The notes under the pieces are model-generated. The model was given only the letters and a program-made list of their open reading frames with translations. It had not been told where the DNA came from and made no database searches. Positions 18,066 to 25,774 of a stretch of DNA of 29,484 nt are shown in pieces (positions within the stretch are counted from its first letter, which is position 1; each line of letters begins with the position of its first letter). A program made the position numbers and the translations under genes. This stretch comes from a virus (taxonomy: Duplodnaviria > Caudoviricetes), in IMG/VR virus record IMGVR_UViG_3300005805_000329, positions 1 to 29,484 of that record; one strand, 5' to 3'.

Positions 18066-18657
18066 TGTTTATTGTTTTATTAAGTTTACTTTTTAATTTC
18101 ATGACCTGCTGCAGTTCCATTGGGAACCGTTGTATAGTATTCCTAGTCATGTTTTGTATCATTGGGATACATTCAAGGTTGCTCAGTTCTAAGTTCATGG
18201 TGTTACCATCAATGAACCTCACTATGTGCTTAGGAGGGATGGGTCCATTAGCTTGTTCCCATATCAATCTGTGTGTTAAGGCCCATTTGCTATCTGCTAA
18301 TTTTGTGTAGTGATACAATCTACCTGTTGAGTCCTTTCGGATGCTAGTTGCATTGGCTTCCCTGGTGTTGAATGGCTTGTTACCTTTCTTAAACATGGTA
18401 GCAGCTGCGTTGGTTAGCAATAGGTTAGGACATTTTATGCCTTTATTGAATGGCACATGACCTTTATCAAACCTTGTATGCTTACCTGCGTTTAATATCA
18501 AAGCCCGGTTAATTGCTTTCTTTGTCTTAGGGTCTTTCTTTATCCCTCTGTTGTACGTTCTATTGTACACTTGGGATGCAGTCAACCCTAGATACTCACC
18601 TAACACCTTAGCAGGGATGTATGGGTATAGTATTTCTAGTATCTTATCTTGTCGCAT
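18037..18657 (-). CDS. HNH-fold (HNH_3-like) protein
   Basis: Two F.KG..PFN repeats, then HRLIWEQANGPIP..HIVRFIDGNTMNLELSNLECI. Confidence 0.8.
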   Translation of the reverse strand: MRQDKILEILYPYIPAKVLGEYLGLTASQVYNRTYNRGIKKDPKTKKAINRALILNAGKHTRFDKGHVPFNKGIKCPNLLLTNAAATMFKKGNKPFNTREANATSIRKDSTGRLYHYTKLADSKWALTHRLIWEQANGPIPPKHIVRFIDGNTMNLELSNLECIPMIQNMTRNTIQRFPMELQQVMKLKSKLNKTINNGKKRNERS

Positions 18658-18797
18658 ACTTTCTCAATTACAAAGTGTCCGTAAATATGAGTTCCTGCTG
18701 CCCTGAACTGTTGGAGTTTCCAATGGCAGAGTGCTTTGGTAGGGAACTCATAGCTCTCTGCGAGACGTCTTTCATAGAAGTATAGTAATCTGTACAT
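18636..18797 (-). CDS. Hypothetical protein (53 aa)
   Basis: Manual translation MYRLLYFYERRLAESYEFPTKALCHWKLQQFRAAGTHIYGHFVIEKV..., in another frame of 18668..18916. Confidence 0.5.
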   Translation of the reverse strand: MYRLLYFYERRLAESYEFPTKALCHWKLQQFRAAGTHIYGHFVIEKVCDKIRY

Positions 18798-18916
18798 GTG
18801 TTTTTGCATTTTAAGTATTCTAAATATAGGGAGGTATTAAAGGAGCCCCCTTTATCTCCTGCGAATGACTGCTTGGTCCACCATCTAGCCATCTCTGATA
18901 TATCTCTATGCATCAT
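18668..18916 (-). CDS. Hypothetical protein
   Basis: MMHRDISEMARWWTKQSFAGDKGGSFNTSLYLEYLKCK...; its C-terminal half overlaps the next ORF. Confidence 0.5.
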   Translation of the reverse strand: MMHRDISEMARWWTKQSFAGDKGGSFNTSLYLEYLKCKNTCTDYYTSMKDVSQRAMSSLPKHSAIGNSNSSGQQELIFTDTL

Positions 18917-19196
18917 ACCTCCACTCATCCTCATCAAAATAATTCATAGGGTCCTGCATGTCTCTTACAAGGTTGGTATCCTGAATGCACCACATGATCT
19001 CCTCGTTAAGTTGGTCAAGTTCGGTATCAGTTAGGATGTAATCAAGCTCCACCTCACCAATCACCTGAGTAGCTACAACATTGCTAATCTCAACCTCATA
19101 GCTTTCATCAGTTATGTCAGTTATTTCAAACTCACATTTACCATGCACATCATCAAAGTCAAAATATGCTATACTATGTCCTATTGTTACTTGCAT
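18906..19196 (-). CDS. Highly acidic early protein (96 aa)
   Basis: Strong Asp/Glu excess, few basic residues. Confidence 0.7.
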   Translation of the reverse strand: MQVTIGHSIAYFDFDDVHGKCEFEITDITDESYEVEISNVVATQVIGEVELDYILTDTELDQLNEEIMWCIQDTNLVRDMQDPMNYFDEDEWRYDA

Positions 19197-19285
19197 ATCA
19201 TAAAGATTAAAGTGTGATACATTGCTACCATGGTACCCACGACCACAGCAAAGCTTGCTACTACATTAAATAGTTCTTTTTTCAT
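19187..19285 (-). CDS. Tiny membrane peptide (32 aa)
   Basis: MKKELFNVVASFAVVVGTMVAMYHTLIFMICK; ATGA overlap with the upstream gene. Confidence 0.55.
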   Translation of the reverse strand: MKKELFNVVASFAVVVGTMVAMYHTLIFMICK

Positions 19286-19449
19286 CGGTTAGCGTTTAGA
19301 ATGGTTAAAAAATCTTCGGTGTTATCTAGTGCTGTCTGAGTCATTTCCTCAGTAGCTTCAACAAGCAGCTGCTCTAGAAATAAAGCAAGTACCTCTGCGT
19401 TGTTTTCGTGTGTCTTGATAAAGTCAAGGGCTCTTTCAAACTGTTTCAT
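19282..19449 (-). CDS. First early gene, acidic helical protein (55 aa)
   Basis: Manual translation MKQFERALDFIKTHENNAEVLALFLEQLLVEATEEMTQTALDNTEDFLTILNANR; AT-rich leader. Confidence 0.7.
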   Translation of the reverse strand: MKQFERALDFIKTHENNAEVLALFLEQLLVEATEEMTQTALDNTEDFLTILNANR

Positions 19450-19476
19450 ATATAATTTTTAAGTGTTAATACTCTG

Positions 19477-19506
19477 CGAAGATACACAAAGTTTCATATA
19501 TGCAAA
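19477..19506 (-). promoter_or_regulatory. Main early promoter, Bacteroidota -33/-7 type
   Basis: TTTG (19503-19506), 18 nt spacer, TATCTTCG (19477-19484; one mismatch to TAnnTTTG). Confidence 0.6.
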
Positions 19507-19519
19507 ACATTTTACATAA

Positions 19520-19528
19520 TTTTCCACA
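19520..19528 (+). promoter_or_regulatory. DnaA-box consensus match
   Basis: TTTTCCACA fits TTWTNCACA; a one-mismatch copy TTTTACATA lies at 19510-19518. Confidence 0.35.
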
Positions 19529-19529
19529 A

Positions 19530-19548
19530 ATTTAGAATGAGTCTAAAT
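19530..19548. promoter_or_regulatory. 19-bp palindromic operator resembling the Flavobacteriia Fur box
   Basis: ATTTAGAATGAGTCTAAAT; 17/19 match to ATTTAGAATTATTCTAAAT (consensus from memory). Confidence 0.6.
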
Positions 19549-19587
19549 AAGGAATAAGCCTAAAAGCTTAAATAATCACCGCAAAAA

Positions 19588-20361
19588 TCAGGCTATAGAC
19601 TTACGCTTGTAGAGATATTCCTGATACTTAGTGAATACCAGGTGATTTATTTTGTAGTGTTTTTTGCAGTCTTTACACAGTATCCAATGGTGAACTGTAC
19701 CGGCAGCTGTTACTACTTTCTTATTGTATTTTATGTTTATTCCTGCACATTCAGGGCACTCATACTTTTCACCTCCGTATTGGATGGCATAGTTATGGTT
19801 AACAATGGCATAGCTATTTAGTTTCTCAAATACTGACTCAAGTACCTCAACATCCATCTTACAATAGGCCACCATCTTATCAAGTGCCTCCTGATCTTTG
19901 CGAAATACTATATCTTTCCACAGGTCAAGTCCTCCTGTATCCATCTTAGCACCTACCTTGAGTAGCTTAGCTATGTAATCTAGTTTATTGCTATTAAAAT
20001 TGAAGTACTTTTTAGCCCATTTAAGCGTGTCTATGGTCTTGGGTGATGGAGTAAATAGAATTCCATGGAATAAAGCTCTTGTGCGTATCCATTTGAGGTC
20101 AAATCTATCCCCATTGTGAGCCACAATCTCATCTGCTTGAGCTAGAACTTTGACAAACTTTTCAATCATTTGCTTATCACTCTGACTTTTGGACCATGTT
20201 AGGCTGTGAATTTCATCCTCACCCTCCCATTTGTAGCAGATGCAGATGATTGCACGTTCATGAATAATATCCTGAGGTTGGATACTTAGGTTGTATCCTG
20301 TTCTCCAGAATACTCCGACATTGAAAGATGTCTCAATGTCATAAAATAGACGTTTTCTCAT
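19588..20361 (-). CDS. Stand-alone DEDDy/RNase H-like 3'-5' exonuclease with C-terminal zinc ribbon
   Basis: ExoI FYDIET, ExoII HNGDRFD, ExoIII YCKMD; CPEC...CKDC. Confidence 0.85.
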   Translation of the reverse strand: MRKRLFYDIETSFNVGVFWRTGYNLSIQPQDIIHERAIICICYKWEGEDEIHSLTWSKSQSDKQMIEKFVKVLAQADEIVAHNGDRFDLKWIRTRALFHGILFTPSPKTIDTLKWAKKYFNFNSNKLDYIAKLLKVGAKMDTGGLDLWKDIVFRKDQEALDKMVAYCKMDVEVLESVFEKLNSYAIVNHNYAIQYGGEKYECPECAGINIKYNKKVVTAAGTVHHWILCKDCKKHYKINHLVFTKYQEYLYKRKSIA

Positions 20362-20822
20362 AGCTTAAATAGCAGGGCAATCCTATCTAGTAGCCCCTTT
20401 TGAATTAAAAAACGGAGCAATATACCGAAAATAAACGCAACAATCACAGGCCACCATAGTATTTTGTACTTAATTACCTGCTGAGCCTTAGCAGTTTTAT
20501 AGATAGTCTTACCTCGTATCCTTTCAACCCTGGTCTTATATCTATACTCAATCCTTGTTTGCCATCTTGTTTTTGGTACGTACACATTATTGAATTGTAT
20601 CACCGTATCCTTAGTGGTGTAGAATTTCTCGTATACTATAGTATCATTGAGTATCACCGGGATGCTGTCAACAGTTGTTATCCGGATGGTATCACTATCT
20701 TGTACTACCTTAAGTCCGTTCTTTAAGGCTTTCTTATAGTGCCATTGAGCACGCTTAGGAGCTGAGCAGGATGTCGCAAATATAGTAGAAACTAGCGACA
20801 AAATAATTATTGAAAGTCTCAT
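20358..20822 (-). CDS. Putative unimolecular spanin-like lipoprotein
   Basis: N-terminal signal peptide ending FATS-C, C-terminal TM segment ILWWPVIVAFIFGILLRFLI; follows the endolysin. Confidence 0.6.
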   Translation of the reverse strand: MRLSIIILSLVSTIFATSCSAPKRAQWHYKKALKNGLKVVQDSDTIRITTVDSIPVILNDTIVYEKFYTTKDTVIQFNNVYVPKTRWQTRIEYRYKTRVERIRGKTIYKTAKAQQVIKYKILWWPVIVAFIFGILLRFLIQKGLLDRIALLFKL

Positions 20823-20825
20823 GTG

Positions 20826-21473
20826 CTATAGGCTTTGTAACATCTTAATCATTCGGGGGCATGGGTAAATATCCGCCTTATCTTTTCTCACACTGTTGTG
20901 CGTGTAGATCCCTGCAGTACCTTTGAATGCCTCTTTGTCTATGCTGAATATCTCTGACCGGTAAGTCTTAGGAATGTCGTATGTATCACACAGGTACTCC
21001 ACCAACTGCCGAGTGCTTTCAATCTGTTCATCCGTATATTTGTACCAATGGATATTACCCTTGTATGGTGCATCTAATGTAGTGACCATTGATGGGTCTA
21101 ACACTCCCTTGACATAGTTGTAGTACTTACCATCCTTGAGCTTCAATGGACCCCAATTACAAACCTCAATACCTACTGAAAGTTTATTTAAGTTTTGATA
21201 CTTGAGTCCATGAGCTGAGAAGTCTTGACTATCTATCCCCAGGTGATAAGCCCAATGCTTAGAGCTGAAGCACTGTACTATTGTGCCTCTTTCACCTATT
21301 ACAAATGCAGTAGCAATCCTATCTGCATTGCTGTTCCACCAACGTGATACAGCTACAGCATTACCATTGCCTGCTGTGTGGTGTAGATATATTTGTTTTT
21401 TCTCAGACTCCTCATGGAAGTACTGAGCATTAGATAGGCGTTCCTGTAATATCTTGCTTGTGTCTAATTTCAT
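20826..21473 (-). CDS. Endolysin, N-acetylmuramoyl-L-alanine amidase (Amidase_2)
   Basis: IYLHHTAG, WAYHLG, SVGIEVCN, YTHNSVRKDKADIYP; likely start MKLDTSK. Confidence 0.92.
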   Translation of the reverse strand: MKLDTSKILQERLSNAQYFHEESEKKQIYLHHTAGNGNAVAVSRWWNSNADRIATAFVIGERGTIVQCFSSKHWAYHLGIDSQDFSAHGLKYQNLNKLSVGIEVCNWGPLKLKDGKYYNYVKGVLDPSMVTTLDAPYKGNIHWYKYTDEQIESTRQLVEYLCDTYDIPKTYRSEIFSIDKEAFKGTAGIYTHNSVRKDKADIYPCPRMIKMLQSL

Positions 21474-21921
21474 CCACCTCTTTTTTAATATCCTTAGCTC
21501 TAGCAAATAAGTTTTTCATTGACTGCCATAGGTCAAGCCCTTTCACTGCTTTGTAGTTTTCGTTTATGCTCATCACCTCAATACTAACTAGGATGAGTGC
21601 AAGTACTTTTGTAAGTAGTAATTCTACTGAGAAAAACTGCAGGATGATATTGTTAAGTATGAATTGGTCAATCATGTAGAACATGATAACGGTTACCTCA
21701 TAGAGTAACATCTTGCTAATGATTGCAGATAGCCCCCTGCTTGTGATTGGTACCTTGCGTTTAATGCTCTTCCATACCCCTGTGATAGTATCAAGTAAGA
21801 TCACAAAGCCTACCAAAAACAATAATCCTGAAATAGGCATTAAGAATGCACTGACAGTTGCCAATAGTTTTATCCAGTTGGCTTTCATTGTAGCTAGTAG
21901 TATGGTGAGCTGTGACTTCAT
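21430..21921 (-). CDS. Holin (phage holin 4-like)
   Basis: Several TM segments, LDTITGVWKS...ITSRGL...EVMSINEN; directly upstream of the endolysin. Confidence 0.85.
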   Translation of the reverse strand: MKSQLTILLATMKANWIKLLATVSAFLMPISGLLFLVGFVILLDTITGVWKSIKRKVPITSRGLSAIISKMLLYEVTVIMFYMIDQFILNNIILQFFSVELLLTKVLALILVSIEVMSINENYKAVKGLDLWQSMKNLFARAKDIKKEVDEIRHKQDITGTPI

Positions 21922-22487
21922 TACAAGATTAGGATGCTGTTATTGTATCCATTCTCAAGGAAGTTACCACACATACCTGTGCAAGTCAACTGATAAGGTG
22001 TGATACATGAGCAATGGTTGAACATTGGTCTAAGGTCAGTATCCATATTGGTAGTGGATATGAATATAGGGAACAAGTTTCGGTTAGCTAATAGCCATCT
22101 GATAAGACGTTGCTCAAAGAAACTAGCTTTCTGTGCATAGTGTTCCATCCCAAAAGCTACCTCATTTCTGGATACACTTGCAGAATAATCACCGTTTTGT
22201 GTTTGAAGTCCTTTGTTTTTTAACTGATATGTCAATCCAAATACAGCATCCTCTGCACTTCTCCATGCGATAACCGGTTGAATGAACTCAACTAGGTCAA
22301 TCTCATCAGGTGTAAGTGTCTGATTGTTGTATGCAGTAAGCAAGTGATTGTAGAACGTGGTGCCTAAGATAGGCTGAATTCTCAATGCACTCTGAGTTGC
22401 TATGTATGGGGTCACATCCGTTACATCCACATTGGCTGTTATCGGAGTGTTAGTCTTTAGGTATGTTTCAGTGATAAAATATAACAT
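21921..22487 (-). CDS. Head-tail adaptor/connector protein
   Basis: LYFITETYLK...IQPILGTTFY; directly downstream of the portal gene. Confidence 0.65.
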   Translation of the reverse strand: MLYFITETYLKTNTPITANVDVTDVTPYIATQSALRIQPILGTTFYNHLLTAYNNQTLTPDEIDLVEFIQPVIAWRSAEDAVFGLTYQLKNKGLQTQNGDYSASVSRNEVAFGMEHYAQKASFFEQRLIRWLLANRNLFPIFISTTNMDTDLRPMFNHCSCITPYQLTCTGMCGNFLENGYNNSILIL

Positions 22488-23815
22488 CAGATTGCAGGTG
22501 TTTGTGCTGCTGCAGTTGCAGCTGCTTGTGTAACATCTCCACCCTCTACAGGAGGCAATGAAGCAAGTGCTCTAATCTCATTGATGGTCATGGTCTCAAG
22601 TACTTTGGTAGCTACTAATGGACTCAATGTGTTCAATGCATCATTAGTCTTAGAGCTATCACCCTCAAGCTCAACAATGGTCTCATTAATGATTTGAAAG
22701 TTATTGATTGTGAACTCAGCAGGTATCTTAGCAATGGTAAGTATCTCCTGAAAGATAGTAACTACTTGTTGACGTAGCTCCATTACTACATTTTTCTCAA
22801 ATATCACATAGGCCTGCTTGATATCACTACCATTACCCAAGCTACCTGTGGTACGAATACCCATTAGGATAGGGTCAATGGTATGGCTAAAACAAATCTG
22901 CTCAGTGTTCAATGCAGATGCCTCATGAAATAGCTTGTCATTGGCATTAGTAGGTAAGCTTTCAATCTTAGGTAACTGCTCAGCTGAGTTAGCAAAGAAT
23001 GCAACTGCCTTACCGGCATTGGCTGCACCTTTTAACCTGTCAATAGTTTCCTTAATCATGTGTTTTTCCTCCTCAGACTGTGGCCGTTTAGGGAACATCA
23101 TAGCAAAGCTAGGGAACACACTATTTTGGATGTTGCTTTTTGCAAAGTAAGATAGCTCACCACTTAAAAAAGCAAAGTTTAATGCACTTGTATAGGTAGG
23201 TAGTGGGTAATAATCTTGACCTACTGACTTAACTTCGTAACAATATAGCTGTACTTCATCCGTACAGGTGATATGATAAGGCTTAATTCTTTCAGTATCT
23301 ATCCTGGTACTCCAATCATCAGATAAATAATAGTATTTTCTGCATGGTGATACCCTTACTTTCTCAGGGGATACATTCTCAATCTTAACTAATTTCTTTT
23401 TATCACCAAAATATAGCTTGAAATATACTCTATTGTGGATGATTAATTGCTTAGTAACTGCCTTAACAGTATGCTTGAGGTTTGCTTTCTTTTCAAAGGC
23501 AAACATATCTAGTTTTTCCTGTGGTGTGAGCTTGTCAGTGGTAAGGTTAAACCCTCCACCAATTACAGCATTGGTCTTAAAGTCAACAATCGCACCATGT
23601 AAAGGTGAGCTGTAGTACATTTGATTGAGCATTTCAGGGTATAGGTTACCCTCACCAAATCTAACCCATGACTCCTGCACATATCTACCATTGACATAGG
23701 GCAATGTCAAGTTACCTCTACCAACAGGTAAAAATGGGGTGCTAAATGATTGATATCCTTCTACTACTTCAGGACCTTTCTTGCTGTTGTTAATAAATCT
23801 ATCGTACCATGCCAT
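22487..23815 (-). CDS. Portal protein
   Basis: 442 aa; FGEGNLYP..L..MYYSSPLHGAI, YYPLPTY, GAANAGK, EQICFSHTIDPILMGI. Confidence 0.88.
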   Translation of the reverse strand: MAWYDRFINNSKKGPEVVEGYQSFSTPFLPVGRGNLTLPYVNGRYVQESWVRFGEGNLYPEMLNQMYYSSPLHGAIVDFKTNAVIGGGFNLTTDKLTPQEKLDMFAFEKKANLKHTVKAVTKQLIIHNRVYFKLYFGDKKKLVKIENVSPEKVRVSPCRKYYYLSDDWSTRIDTERIKPYHITCTDEVQLYCYEVKSVGQDYYPLPTYTSALNFAFLSGELSYFAKSNIQNSVFPSFAMMFPKRPQSEEEKHMIKETIDRLKGAANAGKAVAFFANSAEQLPKIESLPTNANDKLFHEASALNTEQICFSHTIDPILMGIRTTGSLGNGSDIKQAYVIFEKNVVMELRQQVVTIFQEILTIAKIPAEFTINNFQIINETIVELEGDSSKTNDALNTLSPLVATKVLETMTINEIRALASLPPVEGGDVTQAAATAAAQTPAI

Positions 23816-23817
23816 AG

Positions 23818-24168
23818 TTAATCGTATATTGATGTACCTGCAGGACCACTGACCACAAGCCTACCCTCTTCAATTACTACACCTGTAGTCTGTGCTATTG
23901 AAAGAGGCAGAACGAATGGGGTTGAGCTCTCATATACCTGGTATGTGTACTGACCCTTTAAGAGTGAGATATCTGTAGGCTCATCTAGAGTAAACAGATT
24001 GTATCTTTCGGGCCATGCACTTGTATCAGCAGATGTAAAGAGCTGTGGTGTGCTAGTGGTATTCATTTCATTAGTGAATACAAACAAATAGTGTGGTGTA
24101 CTAACCGTAGTTACCTCGCTAAGAGTTAACACGAACTGATTAATAACACCTTGATCTAAGTATATCAC
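23818..24168 (-). CDS. Small virion structural protein (GTG start)
   Basis: 116 aa, beta-rich, GQYTYQVYE motif; late motif directly upstream. Confidence 0.6.
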   Translation of the reverse strand: MIYLDQGVINQFVLTLSEVTTVSTPHYLFVFTNEMNTTSTPQLFTSADTSAWPERYNLFTLDEPTDISLLKGQYTYQVYESSTPFVLPLSIAQTTGVVIEEGRLVVSGPAGTSIYD

Positions 24169-24199
24169 ACCTATATTAAATTAGGTTTGTCAAATGTTC
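24169..24199 (-). promoter_or_regulatory. Putative phage late promoter 4
   Basis: GAACA-N16-TAATATAGGT abutting the GTG at 24168, just downstream of a terminator. Confidence 0.75.
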
Positions 24200-24201
24200 A
24201 T

Positions 24202-24230
24202 AAAAAAAAGCCCCACCATGTGGCAGGGCT
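24202..24230 (-). terminator. Rho-independent terminator after the tail tube gene
   Basis: AGCCCTGCCA-ca-TGGTGGGGCT hairpin followed by a T-run. Confidence 0.85.
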
Positions 24231-24253
24231 CTAATATAGAGAGGTAGAATTGC

Positions 24254-24805
24254 TTATTGAACTCCGATATTTGCTAAATCATTAGCAGTCATATCAATGT
24301 TGTAAGCTAAGTAAGGGTTCTCAGCTACCAAAGTAACTGTATATTTAGAACCATCAGCTCTAGCTGTACCTGAACCCTCACCTGTAGCAGATAACTGCAA
24401 GTATGGGAAGTACCAATATAAGCCATTAGCATCTAAGATGATAGCTGTTAAGTATTGCTGTCCTGTTCCTAGGATTTTAATAGCACGAGACTTATCAGCA
24501 TCTCTTCTGTGGAATACTAAGTTAACTGTCTGAGTTACAAAAGAGCTACCATTAACTAGGTCAATAGTGCTATCCTCTGTATAGTTTGATGTGTTTCTAC
24601 GTACCTCAAATGGTTGGAATAAATCACCACCCGGTTGAAGTGTAATACCTGTAATTTGCCAAGCATTTGCACCGGTTACTGTAGATGGGTCAGCAGGAGT
24701 GATAGAAGCTATCTCATCCTGTGTATTAATCCAAACACCATAGATACCACCAATGTTGTTTAAACATGGTTTTACGATTGTCTCAAGAGATTGACATGTA
24801 GCCAT
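24254..24805 (-). CDS. Major tail (tube) protein
   Basis: 183 aa; C..NIGGI N-terminus, NGSSFVTQTVNLVF, ILDANG, SGTARADGSKYTVTL. Confidence 0.7.
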   Translation of the reverse strand: MATCQSLETIVKPCLNNIGGIYGVWINTQDEIASITPADPSTVTGANAWQITGITLQPGGDLFQPFEVRRNTSNYTEDSTIDLVNGSSFVTQTVNLVFHRRDADKSRAIKILGTGQQYLTAIILDANGLYWYFPYLQLSATGEGSGTARADGSKYTVTLVAENPYLAYNIDMTANDLANIGVQ

Positions 24806-24819
24806 TGTGTTAAAGTATT

Positions 24820-24844
24820 AAAGAGCCCCCTTGGTAGAGGGCTC
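24820..24844 (-). terminator. Hairpin/weak terminator after the major capsid gene
   Basis: GAGCCCTCT-acca-AGGGGGCTC followed by only TTT. Confidence 0.65.
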
Positions 24845-24855
24845 AGAGTTATTTA

Positions 24856-25773
24856 TTAAGAGTAGAAAACAATTTCAGCAGGGTTAACAAAGTTGAAACC
24901 TACTTTCATGTTAGCACGTGTACGGATGTAAGGCTCAGCTACAGTATCAGCTAAGTTAACAGCACGTAAATCAGAGCTATCACCCTCAGCATCGAATGCA
25001 TAGATAAGGTTATCTTTCAAAGTCCACACGAATGTGTTGTTTGACATACCTGGACATACTACAATCTTAACACCTAAGAAAGTCAAAGACAAATCTTGAG
25101 TGATGTAAGCTTGAGTGTTACCTGAAGCTACTCCTAATCGGTAGATGTTAACCAATTGAGTAGGCATGTACAAACGTAAATCAGCTGTACGTGTAGCAAT
25201 AGTTGCAGGTAAAGCAGCAAATGCAGTAGACAAAGCAGCCTCTAATGCAGTAAAGTTAGCGATTGAACCTGAACCACCATTGATAACTGCAGGGTCAGCA
25301 GCTAACAACTTCTCATAACCATCACACAAAGCAAGTGTAGGGTTTAATGAAGTTGTATCACCTTGCCAACGGATAAGCTCGATATCTCCGTTAATTTTGT
25401 TAGCCATCTCACCCCAATAGAATGACATGAAAGATGCAACAGAGAAATCTCCGTTAGATCCTTTTGACATTTGAAGAGCTAAGAAAGATTGCTCTAAGTC
25501 AAACTGACAAATTTGAGCCATTGCAGAAAGTGCACATACGTCAATTTCTTTAGCATCTAGGTCATCAGATGGTGCAGTGAATGCACAAGTAGATGGTTGT
25601 AAGATGTTACCAAAAGTAACACTAGCTAATTTAGTTTTGTACTTTACACCTGGCAAAGAACGGTAGTTATCAGCAGTATCCTCAGACAAATATGCCTTAG
25701 AATAGAATGCCTCTGGGTTAGCAGCTAATAAAGCTGTAGGATCTACTTGTAGATCGAATTTAAGTTTACGCAT
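24856..25773 (-). CDS. Major capsid protein
   Basis: 305 aa after the protease/scaffold gene; ELIRWQGDT..LCDG motif; codon bias of a highly expressed gene; followed by a hairpin. Confidence 0.85.
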   Translation of the reverse strand: MRKLKFDLQVDPTALLAANPEAFYSKAYLSEDTADNYRSLPGVKYKTKLASVTFGNILQPSTCAFTAPSDDLDAKEIDVCALSAMAQICQFDLEQSFLALQMSKGSNGDFSVASFMSFYWGEMANKINGDIELIRWQGDTTSLNPTLALCDGYEKLLAADPAVINGGSGSIANFTALEAALSTAFAALPATIATRTADLRLYMPTQLVNIYRLGVASGNTQAYITQDLSLTFLGVKIVVCPGMSNNTFVWTLKDNLIYAFDAEGDSSDLRAVNLADTVAEPYIRTRANMKVGFNFVNPAEIVFYS

Positions 25774-25774
25774 T

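Noticed and set aside
19530-19548. Palindrome as a XerCD dif site
   Set aside because: Lacks the TTATGTTAAAT XerD arm and the 11-6-11 layout
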